DNA of 64,000 nucleotides from a virus. Positions 1-8,170 of the stretch are shown one piece after another; position 1 is the stretch's first letter; each line of letters starts with the position of its first letter. Made by a program: the position numbers and the translations under genes. The DNA lies in IMG/VR virus record IMGVR_UViG_3300006749_000012, positions 15,957-79,956 of that record; one strand, 5' to 3'. A model generated the notes under the pieces. That model saw only the letters and a program-made list of their open reading frames with translations, ran no database searches and was not told the origin of the DNA.

Positions 1-1
1 C

Positions 2-826
2 CATGAACATGAGAATTATGGAATGCATTTGAGTCATGCTAAGAATGCAAGGGTTGACTCTAATATACCATTAGCAAGGGCTGCTAACGAAAGGTCAAAA
101 GAAGTAGTAGCGCACATGAGTCTTGCTGCTCATAAATTGATGGAGCAAGGTATGTCTGAAGAAGACGCAATTTCAGAAGTTGCTCGTCGTATGCGTGAGG
201 CTGATATTTCTAAAGGTAGATTTGTAGAAGAAGAAGGACTTAGAGAAAAGATTGAAAATGTTATTGATTTAATGCTAGGAGCAAGCGGTCATGAAAACTT
301 CAATCTTGGCAAAATACCCACTGACCCTAACGAACATCATCTGAAAACTCCAACAATCGATGAGTTTGGGCATCATGAAGCGCCTGAACACTGGCATGGT
401 CGTATTATTTCCGGTGAGCATGAATTAGCGCCGATAGGTAACAGTAAGAGAGAAGAAGAAATCCCTCCTTCACTTGCACCTAAACCCGCACCCGCACCGC
501 CACCTGCTCCCGTATCTGCACCGACTGTGGGAGTTGACCCTGCTCAAAGATTAATCACAGACCCTCGTAATTATGTCAGACCGGCAGCGCCAGCACCAGC
601 ACCAGTAGCATCACCTGCACCTAGAGTAATACCACCTCCTCAAATGAGGGCTGCTACGCCTTTAGAGCAAGCATTCCAACAAATGATGGGACAGCCTGAG
701 CAGCAAACCTTTTTTGACATAGGTAGCGGTGCGCTTGTCAGACGCTCACACGACATCAACGTCGGGATGGATGCGATTAGGAAAAAAATTGGATACTTTG
801 ATGGGTTTTTGAGAGGTGAGCGGTAA
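2..826 (+). CDS. Hypothetical protein, 5'-truncated; Pro/Ala-rich C-terminal half; possible internal virion protein
   Basis: The frame of ORF 23..826 is open back to the window edge. PAPAPPPAP-type linker at ~470-640. The stop overlaps the next start (TAATG) after an RBS-like GAGGTGA. Confidence 0.6.
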   Translation, partial: HEHENYGMHLSHAKNARVDSNIPLARAANERSKEVVAHMSLAAHKLMEQGMSEEDAISEVARRMREADISKGRFVEEEGLREKIENVIDLMLGASGHENFNLGKIPTDPNEHHLKTPTIDEFGHHEAPEHWHGRIISGEHELAPIGNSKREEEIPPSLAPKPAPAPPPAPVSAPTVGVDPAQRLITDPRNYVRPAAPAPAPVASPAPRVIPPPQMRAATPLEQAFQQMMGQPEQQTFFDIGSGALVRRSHDINVGMDAIRKKIGYFDGFLRGER

Positions 827-2424
827 TGGGTAAAATATTGGTGAAAAAGTCTGTCGACGTGCAATATCCAGTATCAGGTCAGCCAATACTTGTCACCGGC
901 GGTGGCGGAGGTGGCGGCGCTTCTCCAAGGGGGATGACCCTTCAAGAAAGATTAAGTCGAATAGGAGGGGGAACCCTTGGTGCACTCGCTGCTGCGACAG
1001 GTCAACATCGCAGTTTAGGTAGCCTCGCACAAGGTATGGTATCAGGAGCCGCTCAAGGAAAGGCTATCGGAGGAGGTCTTGGACGAATGGCTACCACTCG
1101 TGCGGGCCAAGAGCGTGCTAATTTACGAGAAAGGTTGAAGCAAGAAGCAGCGGAGGGTAAAGCAGCCAAGCAGATAGCGAGGCGGAACCGAGGAGAGGGC
1201 TTTTTAACAAATTTACTCAATCCAATAGGTGCATACAACAGGCGAGTAGCAGATAGAGCAGCGGGTAGACTTGACTTTGCTCGACAGATGAATCGAGAGG
1301 CCGAAGATTATAGTCGAAATATGGCGGAACTATACCGTGATGTTGGTAGAGAACAATTCAATCAAATACGCAGACCTCAGTTGCAGCAAGAAAGAGCCAA
1401 ATTACTTGCTGCTGCTAAAGCAAGAGGTGGAGAATTAGGTGCTGAACAAAAAAGAAAACTGGAAATGTTAGACAGTTTGGTGCAACGAACTGGCGCTCCT
1501 AATTTGGAACAGGCACTCGGCATATTGTCTAGCGTTAATCAAACAGCATCTCCTCCACCGGAACAAGTAGGTAGTAACGTAAACATGGTAGGGGGTAAAC
1601 TTACGGTAAACGGTCAAGAAGTCCAACCTGACGCTCAGGGTAATTACAGTGCGCCGGGAGTTAGCATAACTGGTTCTTCCATAGGTGGTGGTGGTCCTGA
1701 AGAAACTGCTGCTGCTAAAAGAGTAATGGGTAAGGTTTTGGCTGCTGGCGGTAGTAACGCTGACGTTAAAGCCGCTATGACGCAACACATAGGGGAAAGA
1801 ATAGCACAACAAAATAACGTAGGAGCAGTAAACCCTTCTGAGATGACAGAGTATAATGCAAAAGCAATACGTGACACTATGGCAAGGCGTAATGAAAAAC
1901 CACTTGCTACGGAAGAAAGCCATCCTACTCAACAAAAAATAGGAACGGCTATTTCAAACGTATTGGCTACTCAAGAGCCTGAAACAGGTAACCCATTGGG
2001 TAATTTTACCAGTCCCGAAATGACTAATTCTCCTTTAGCGACACAGGGATTAAGTGCAGCAAATATGGTTGCACCGCCCAGTGATGGCGTTGTCGCTGAA
2101 ACTACGGCAGATAAGCAAGCGGAAAATTCACAAATGAACCTTGACACTACCCCTGAGCAAAACTTACACAGTCTTTTTGAAGCATTAGGGCCACCGCAAG
2201 AAGCCCGTAGTGCTGAACCTATTGGCACTGGTTACAGTGGTCCTAATCCAAACGTGCAAGCCTCAGAGAAAGCCGCAAAAGATATGGATTTAGCAGGATT
2301 TTATGCAGCGGCGGAAGAACAAAGTAGACCTATCGAGTATGATGAGTTTGGATTTCCAATACGAACAGGTGAGCCGATGGAATTAGCATTTAGATTACTC
2401 AAGATGATGATATTCAACAGGTGA
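826..2424 (+). CDS. Low-complexity Gly/Ala/Gln-rich protein with N-terminal glycine zipper; candidate internal/ejection protein
   Basis: 532 aa; GGGTLGALAAATG...GMVSGAAQGKAIGGGLG GxxxG repeats, helical middle, disordered tail ending GEPMELAFRLLK. Function is inferred. Confidence 0.5.
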   Translation: MGKILVKKSVDVQYPVSGQPILVTGGGGGGGASPRGMTLQERLSRIGGGTLGALAAATGQHRSLGSLAQGMVSGAAQGKAIGGGLGRMATTRAGQERANLRERLKQEAAEGKAAKQIARRNRGEGFLTNLLNPIGAYNRRVADRAAGRLDFARQMNREAEDYSRNMAELYRDVGREQFNQIRRPQLQQERAKLLAAAKARGGELGAEQKRKLEMLDSLVQRTGAPNLEQALGILSSVNQTASPPPEQVGSNVNMVGGKLTVNGQEVQPDAQGNYSAPGVSITGSSIGGGGPEETAAAKRVMGKVLAAGGSNADVKAAMTQHIGERIAQQNNVGAVNPSEMTEYNAKAIRDTMARRNEKPLATEESHPTQQKIGTAISNVLATQEPETGNPLGNFTSPEMTNSPLATQGLSAANMVAPPSDGVVAETTADKQAENSQMNLDTTPEQNLHSLFEALGPPQEARSAEPIGTGYSGPNPNVQASEKAAKDMDLAGFYAAAEEQSRPIEYDEFGFPIRTGEPMELAFRLLKMMIFNR

Positions 2425-3911
2425 TGAGGTTGTCCGATGTTAACAAACTCATACTTGAAATGGATATGGAAATGTCCAAGAAGTCATTTGAGTATTTCTT
2501 CACTGACATTTTAGGTTTTGATTTCTCAGACCACCACAAACAGTGGCTTGATGGATTGAATGGAAATAGATACTATTGTGTCAAAGCAAGCCGTGACCAC
2601 GGTAAATCTGTTTTCTTTATGTCGTATGCGTTGTGGTTAGGTGCTTTCAATCCTAATACTCACATCATGGTGTTTAGTCACTCTCTTGAACAAACGCTTG
2701 AACACATGAGGTTTATTCGCAACAATATAGAAACGACTGACATCCTCAAAGGATTGAAACCGCAGGGTAAACCTTGGGCTAAGTCTTACTTTGAATTTAC
2801 TAACGGCTCTCGTATAATGGCAAAGTCTGTTGGTGGTGCTACTCGTGGTTTCCACCCTGACGTTGTAGTATGTGACGATATTCTTTGGGGAACCACCACT
2901 TCAGAATTAGCAAGAGCGGCTGATTGGTTCTATACTGTCTTGCTTCCTGTTCTGCATCACACGGGTCGATTAATGATGGTAGGCACTCCTTTCAGTTATA
3001 ACGACCTGTATGCTGAATTAGAAGATAAAGATACCTTCACGGTAGAGACTTATCCTGCTATTTTACCTAATGGCGAACCGCTTTGGCCCGGCAGATGGCC
3101 GCTAGATGCATTGAAAGTTCGTGAAGAATCTATGCCTGCAATCAAATTCGCTCGTGAATATCTTTGTGAGCCTATTCACGATATGTCAAGTATGTTTCCA
3201 ATGTCACTTCTTGAAAAGGCAAGGGACAAAGAGTTGATTTTACTTGATAAGGCCGAGCAAGAATTTGATGAAAATGGCGACCCTAACGGAATATTCGGCC
3301 AACACTTTGTAGGTTGGGACCCTGCTATTGCTTCGGATGCGAACGCTGACTACACTGCTATGGCGGTAATCAGAATGTTACCTGACACAGATGAAAAACA
3401 GTTGATACACGTTGTCAATCAAAAAGGTCTGAACAGTATGGCTCAGAAAAGACAAATCATTATGCTCAATAGTAGATTCCAACCTGACCTTATTGAACTT
3501 GAAGGTAATAATTTCCAACGTATGTTTGAAGCAGAATTGAAAGAAATGAAAGAAGATATACCAATTAAGACATTTATGACTACTCGACAAAAGAAGGAGT
3601 CTATGTTTATGAGTTTACTTTTAGCGTTTGAACAAGGTCAAATGAAAACACCTTGGGGAGATGAAAGAAGCAAAGAGTTTACAAGAGCGCTTGAAACCCA
3701 ACTTAGCAGATTTGGAATGCAAAAGAATGGTAGGTTAGAGTCAGTAGGCTCCCATGATGACTTGGCTATGGCTTTGGCTTTGGCTAACTGGGCGACTAAA
3801 GAGTTCAAAGGTAGCATAGTATTACTAGATGATTACCTTAACGGATTCGATGATTGGTTTGGAGATGTATCTCAAAGGCACGTTGCTGGTGCAAGGTGGT
3901 TTACGATATAA
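2421..3911 (+). CDS. terL: Terminase large subunit
   Basis: Walker A ASRDHGKS, Walker B VVVCDD, coupling motif VGTP, RNase H-like nuclease GWDPA...HDDLAMA; lies upstream of the portal. Confidence 0.95.
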   Translation: MMRLSDVNKLILEMDMEMSKKSFEYFFTDILGFDFSDHHKQWLDGLNGNRYYCVKASRDHGKSVFFMSYALWLGAFNPNTHIMVFSHSLEQTLEHMRFIRNNIETTDILKGLKPQGKPWAKSYFEFTNGSRIMAKSVGGATRGFHPDVVVCDDILWGTTTSELARAADWFYTVLLPVLHHTGRLMMVGTPFSYNDLYAELEDKDTFTVETYPAILPNGEPLWPGRWPLDALKVREESMPAIKFAREYLCEPIHDMSSMFPMSLLEKARDKELILLDKAEQEFDENGDPNGIFGQHFVGWDPAIASDANADYTAMAVIRMLPDTDEKQLIHVVNQKGLNSMAQKRQIIMLNSRFQPDLIELEGNNFQRMFEAELKEMKEDIPIKTFMTTRQKKESMFMSLLLAFEQGQMKTPWGDERSKEFTRALETQLSRFGMQKNGRLESVGSHDDLAMALALANWATKEFKGSIVLLDDYLNGFDDWFGDVSQRHVAGARWFTI

Positions 3912-3918
3912 TTATATG
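3912..3918 (+). promoter_or_regulatory. Putative archaeal TATA box
   Basis: TTATATG starting 29 nt upstream of ATG 3941; spacing similar to the boxes at 7021 and 14201. Confidence 0.35.
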
Positions 3919-3940
3919 ACACCAAAAATTGGAGATTATT

Positions 3941-5248
3941 ATGTGGTCAAGTTTGAGTGTTGGGGATTCAGGGACTCATATCGAAATGGGTCACGATATA
4001 TTGAATATAATAGCATCAAGTCTAGTAAGTCATCCTTTAGTAGACGAAAACATTGCTAAATCAATTGCCTCTCAAAGCGTGATTGTTACTAAAGAAAACA
4101 CTCCTAAGATTCAATACATGCCGTTTGCTCCCACTGGCGAGGGCTGGTTTGAGGATAAAATAGGCAAAAGTGCTAACAGTATTATCAGAGATTTGAGGAA
4201 AGCACGTAGGATATTCAAAGAAGATAAGGAAGAAATAGACAATATCATATCAAATGTAAGAGCGTTAAAGAGTTCTGAAGTAGATGCTACTTTAGCACTG
4301 CTTTCTTGGGGAGACAGTTACAAAGACTCTATGCGTAAGATGGGATTATCTGACAAAGATTTGAGGTCGTTAAGATTATTCGGTGATGCTAGGAAGTCTA
4401 GTTTGATTAGAGCATGTAATCTTTGGAACAGTGCAGAGGATGCGTTAGTTAAGTTAGACGAATTTGAAGACGTTTGGGGTGAAGAAGAAAAGAACGCATG
4501 GGTCAATGCTATGCAGTTGAAAAAAGACGCTAGGTCTATGTGGAGAAGCGCCCTTCACCAATTTGATAATATATCAAAAGAACAACAGAAGTGGTTAAAT
4601 TTGTCAAAAGAAGAACTCAAACAAAAAGGTGCCATGTCTGCGAGGGCTATCGCTAGTAACTTGATTGAAAAAGGAGTTAAAAGACTGAACTCTAATAGGT
4701 TGTCAGGCTTGTTGAATATGTATGGTGAAGAAATCAATATCATAAAAGGGCACAGAAAAGGCGAGTATGTGTATATGGGCCGTGATGGTCTTATAATCAA
4801 AGACAATTGGGCTTATGCGGCAGGGTTTCTTGATGCCGATGGTTACATTACTATAACTGAAAGAGGTGAGCCAAGAGCGGGATTTTTAGCAACAGGTGAC
4901 AGAGGTCGTATGCATTGCGAAGAATTGCATAAAAATATAGGTGCAGGGGTTTTGCAATTAGACCAAAAGATATTTTCAAATAGTCAGAAAAGCCAGCATA
5001 GGGTTACTTTTTATGCCAAAGATGATTTGAATAAACTATTGAATAACCTAACCCCTCATTTAAGGATGAAAAACATGCAAGCGAAGGCAGTTTTGGCATA
5101 TATCGAAGAAAGCGACCCAGTAAGAAAAACTCAATTAAAGCGCTTTGTGCAATTTTCTAATAGAGACGGAACTACCAAAGGTGAGGACTCTTTGCGTCAG
5201 TGGGGAGTAGACAAAGATACTGTGATAAGTTGGGCGGAGGGATTGTGA
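3941..5248 (+). CDS. Protein with helical N-terminal region and C-terminal single-motif LAGLIDADG endonuclease domain
   Basis: WAYAAGFLDADGYITI at ~4808-4855, followed by a typical LAGLIDADG tail (LTPHLRMKNMQA). ATG 3941 follows GGAG; the ORF track starts at TTG 3929. Confidence 0.8.
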   Translation: MWSSLSVGDSGTHIEMGHDILNIIASSLVSHPLVDENIAKSIASQSVIVTKENTPKIQYMPFAPTGEGWFEDKIGKSANSIIRDLRKARRIFKEDKEEIDNIISNVRALKSSEVDATLALLSWGDSYKDSMRKMGLSDKDLRSLRLFGDARKSSLIRACNLWNSAEDALVKLDEFEDVWGEEEKNAWVNAMQLKKDARSMWRSALHQFDNISKEQQKWLNLSKEELKQKGAMSARAIASNLIEKGVKRLNSNRLSGLLNMYGEEINIIKGHRKGEYVYMGRDGLIIKDNWAYAAGFLDADGYITITERGEPRAGFLATGDRGRMHCEELHKNIGAGVLQLDQKIFSNSQKSQHRVTFYAKDDLNKLLNNLTPHLRMKNMQAKAVLAYIEESDPVRKTQLKRFVQFSNRDGTTKGEDSLRQWGVDKDTVISWAEGL

Positions 5249-7014
5249 TGGCAGAGAAAAAAGGAAGGGTAGGTAGACTGTTAGAGACTATCGCTAGTCC
5301 ATTCCGTAGACGAGCCACTCCTGAACCTCAAATGCCACTTTGGACTACTGGTATACAAGAGCCAGTATTAGTTCAAGGAATTACCATACCAGCGCTATAT
5401 GCAGTGGCTAATGAAAATTTAATTTTAAGAACAGTGCTCACTACTCTACAACAAGAAATATTCAGAAGGGGATATTATTGGGAAAAGAAGTTTCATAAGA
5501 AATGCACAGATTGTGATAAAGAATACCAACACGATGTTGAAACTTGCGTTGAGTGTAGTGGTGACGTTCGTGACCCTGACCCGGACCAACTTGTTTACGG
5601 CAGGTGGCTGTTGGAACAGCGCAACTCCATGGAGCAAACATTCATGGATGTCTTGCGTGAAATTGAGTATGACTTGAATATAACTGATGATGCTTTCTTA
5701 ATTCTTATTAAAGAATATTACATAGACCCTGAGACAAACGAAGTATCATTTTATCGTGTAAAAGAGATAGTGAGAGGCGACCCCATTTTTATGAGGATAA
5801 TAGCAGACAAGCGTGGGGTTAGAGGGGGCCGTTTCAGAGTTTGCCCTATCCATCGTAGTCAAGTAAAGTCTTACTCCGAGCAAGAAAAATATTGCGAAAT
5901 ATGCGGTGGTGAGATGGAAGATGTTCATCACGTAAACACAGCCGGTAGTGGAAAGACTCAATATTATTTGAAAGGAGAAGTAATACACGTCAGTAAATAC
6001 CAACCATCTAAATTATATGGGCGCAGTCCCGTATCTACACTTTGGCGACAGGCTATGACGTTGACCGCTATGGACAACTACATGTATACTGCTTACTCAA
6101 AGCGTAGAATACCTAGAGGTATATTGAGTGTGAGCACTGACAATCTTGAGTCAATGAAATCTTTCTTCAAGGCTACTGATGAAAAATTAGAGCGTGACCC
6201 ACACTACATTCCTAAGATTGGTGTTGAATCCAGCACTGGTCGTGGTGGCATTAACTGGGTCAAACTAATGGACAGCCTAGAGGAAATGCAGTATATACCT
6301 GCGAGAGATGAAATGAGGCAACGTATAGCAGCCTTCTATGGTGTATCTAATGTATTTATGATGGACACTGGTAAATCCGGTGGACTCAACAATGAAGGTA
6401 TGCAGATACTCGTTACTAACAGAGCAGTTGAGTTCGGACATAAAGTATACAAAGACCACTTGTTCCCAAGATTATCAGAGCAAATGGATATTACAGATTG
6501 GCAAATCACTCTATATCCAAACGAAGAAGAAGACGAGGTTACTCGTTTACGCCGTGATGAAATGGAAGTAAATATAGCACAACGTATGATGATGATGGGC
6601 TACCAACCTAACTTAACAGAGGATGCGAATCGAGACATACGTTTCATTTACAAGCAACCTGAGCCGGGCCAACAACCTCCTGCTGGTCCACAGCAAGGTA
6701 GAATGCCTCCGGGCGGAATGCCTATGGGAGGTATGCAAATGGGAGGAGGCATGGGAACTCCCGGCGCTCTCCCTAGTCGAAATATTTCACCTCAAGGGGC
6801 CGCTCAGTTAGCAAGGCAATCGCAAATGGGTATGGGTCAACCCGGAGGAGAGGGGATGGGACTAAGGAATAGAGGCCCTGCTAGCCCTCAAAATAGAACC
6901 AGTATGGGGGCGGGTGCGCCTTTTTCTAGCGTCCAACAAAGAGGCCCTCAGCCTAGTGGTGTCCAGCAAGCAGCACAAAGTGTAGTTAATGCGAGAAATC
7001 CAAGGGGTGCTTGA
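5248..7014 (+). CDS. Portal protein with two Zn-ribbon insertions and a Gly/Met/Pro/Gln-rich tail
   Basis: HK97-portal-like motifs (EVIHV...LYGRSPV, IPRGIL, IAAFYGV). CTDC/CVEC and CPIH/CEIC pairs. Start ATG 5248 overlaps the previous stop (TGATG). Confidence 0.88.
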   Translation: MAEKKGRVGRLLETIASPFRRRATPEPQMPLWTTGIQEPVLVQGITIPALYAVANENLILRTVLTTLQQEIFRRGYYWEKKFHKKCTDCDKEYQHDVETCVECSGDVRDPDPDQLVYGRWLLEQRNSMEQTFMDVLREIEYDLNITDDAFLILIKEYYIDPETNEVSFYRVKEIVRGDPIFMRIIADKRGVRGGRFRVCPIHRSQVKSYSEQEKYCEICGGEMEDVHHVNTAGSGKTQYYLKGEVIHVSKYQPSKLYGRSPVSTLWRQAMTLTAMDNYMYTAYSKRRIPRGILSVSTDNLESMKSFFKATDEKLERDPHYIPKIGVESSTGRGGINWVKLMDSLEEMQYIPARDEMRQRIAAFYGVSNVFMMDTGKSGGLNNEGMQILVTNRAVEFGHKVYKDHLFPRLSEQMDITDWQITLYPNEEEDEVTRLRRDEMEVNIAQRMMMMGYQPNLTEDANRDIRFIYKQPEPGQQPPAGPQQGRMPPGGMPMGGMQMGGGMGTPGALPSRNISPQGAAQLARQSQMGMGQPGGEGMGLRNRGPASPQNRTSMGAGAPFSSVQQRGPQPSGVQQAAQSVVNARNPRGA

Positions 7015-7020
7015 GGAACA

Positions 7021-7027
7021 TTAAAGT
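7021..7027 (+). promoter_or_regulatory. Putative archaeal TATA box
   Basis: TTAAAGT starting 29 nt upstream of ATG 7050. Confidence 0.3.
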
Positions 7028-7049
7028 TATGAGGTGTGTTGGGATGACT

Positions 7050-7385
7050 ATGGACCTGAAAAAATTAGACCCTATGGCTCGTAAATTGAGGACGCATGTA
7101 GACGGGTTTTACAAGGCACTAGAATCAAACGACGGTATGTCTGCTCGCAATCACATTGCTGAAGTAATGAAGTATGCTGATTACCTAAGTAACGACATAG
7201 AAAGCGCTGTCGTCAAAGAAGACCATGTTTTGGGAGTCAACGACCGATTCGCCGGTGGAGTTCCTGTTATGAAAATGACAGAAGTTCAAAGCGTTCACGA
7301 AACCACAACAAATGTTCTACCGGGAACCATTCGCACTTCTAGGTTTGGTAATATCAACAGGCGACTATCTAATAGAACATTGTGA
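7050..7385 (+). CDS. Hypothetical protein (head module)
   Basis: ORF 7011..7385; more likely start is ATG 7044 or 7050; helical N-terminal part. Confidence 0.6.
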   Translation: MDLKKLDPMARKLRTHVDGFYKALESNDGMSARNHIAEVMKYADYLSNDIESAVVKEDHVLGVNDRFAGGVPVMKMTEVQSVHETTTNVLPGTIRTSRFGNINRRLSNRTL

Positions 7386-7394
7386 GGTGATTAC

Positions 7395-7766
7395 GTGAGC
7401 GATGAGGGGGAGAATGTCGCAGAGCGCCTTATGGGTGCTTTGATTACTAAAATGGAAGTTATGGATGCGGGTATCCAAACACTGAAGGCTGAGAATCAAC
7501 AACTTAAAAAAATGATTCAGAATCCTGCGGCACTTTTGAAAAAAGCAGGTTTCGTATCTATAACCACTCAGATGCCATCGGACGTAACAGTAGATGGCTT
7601 TAGGGGAGATGTAGACGATTTTATACTAAAAGGTGAAGGTGGAGAGATAATAGACGTGCCTACTAGCAACGCAGATTTCCACAAAATGGAGTGGGCTGAT
7701 ATTCACGCTTTGGCCGAAGAAGCCAAGCAAAATGGTGCGATAGGGAATCAAATAGGAATGGAGTGA
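7395..7766 (+). CDS. Hypothetical coiled-coil protein (head module)
   Basis: GAGGTGA RBS and GTG start. C-terminal VPTSNADFHKMEWADIHALA resembles the scaffold C-terminus IPSTQELGNMSWDDVHSLA. Confidence 0.7.
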   Translation: MSDEGENVAERLMGALITKMEVMDAGIQTLKAENQQLKKMIQNPAALLKKAGFVSITTQMPSDVTVDGFRGDVDDFILKGEGGEIIDVPTSNADFHKMEWADIHALAEEAKQNGAIGNQIGME

Positions 7767-7770
7767 TATT

Positions 7771-8163
7771 ATGAGGCCAAGATTTGAATTAGCAAACGAC
7801 CAAGCGTATGAATTGTTGAAAGCGGCTAAAGATTTAGAAGCAAGGATAGCAAAGAAAGAAGGTAGTATGCCTGACTATACTAGTCAAAAAGAAGGCTCTG
7901 ACGTAGGTCACTATCGATTTGAAACAGCAGTTGGTCAAGTTCCTAACACATTTTACTATACAAACAATACAGTTCCAAATGTAGAGGACATTGCCAACAA
8001 AGGAGCAATATCTGAAAACAGCGACGTTTTGACTAGAGAATCTCCTTACTATCCTACTGCGTTTAGCACGACAGGTGCTCTTGAAAACTTCAAGGGTGGC
8101 GACGGTCCGACCATGACCGATGTAAAGAAGTCACTAGACCGATTGTCCAGCCGTCTGAATTAA
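7771..8163 (+). CDS. Hypothetical protein (head module)
   Basis: 130-aa ORF with GGAGTGA RBS; contains ELLKA motif. Confidence 0.7.
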   Translation: MRPRFELANDQAYELLKAAKDLEARIAKKEGSMPDYTSQKEGSDVGHYRFETAVGQVPNTFYYTNNTVPNVEDIANKGAISENSDVLTRESPYYPTAFSTTGALENFKGGDGPTMTDVKKSLDRLSSRLN

Positions 8164-8170
8164 ACGGCTG

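Noticed and set aside
3941-5248. Intein or intron-encoded endonuclease interrupting terminase or portal
   Set aside because: Both neighbours look complete, and no splice-junction residues (C/S...HN-C/S/T) flank the LAGLIDADG domain.
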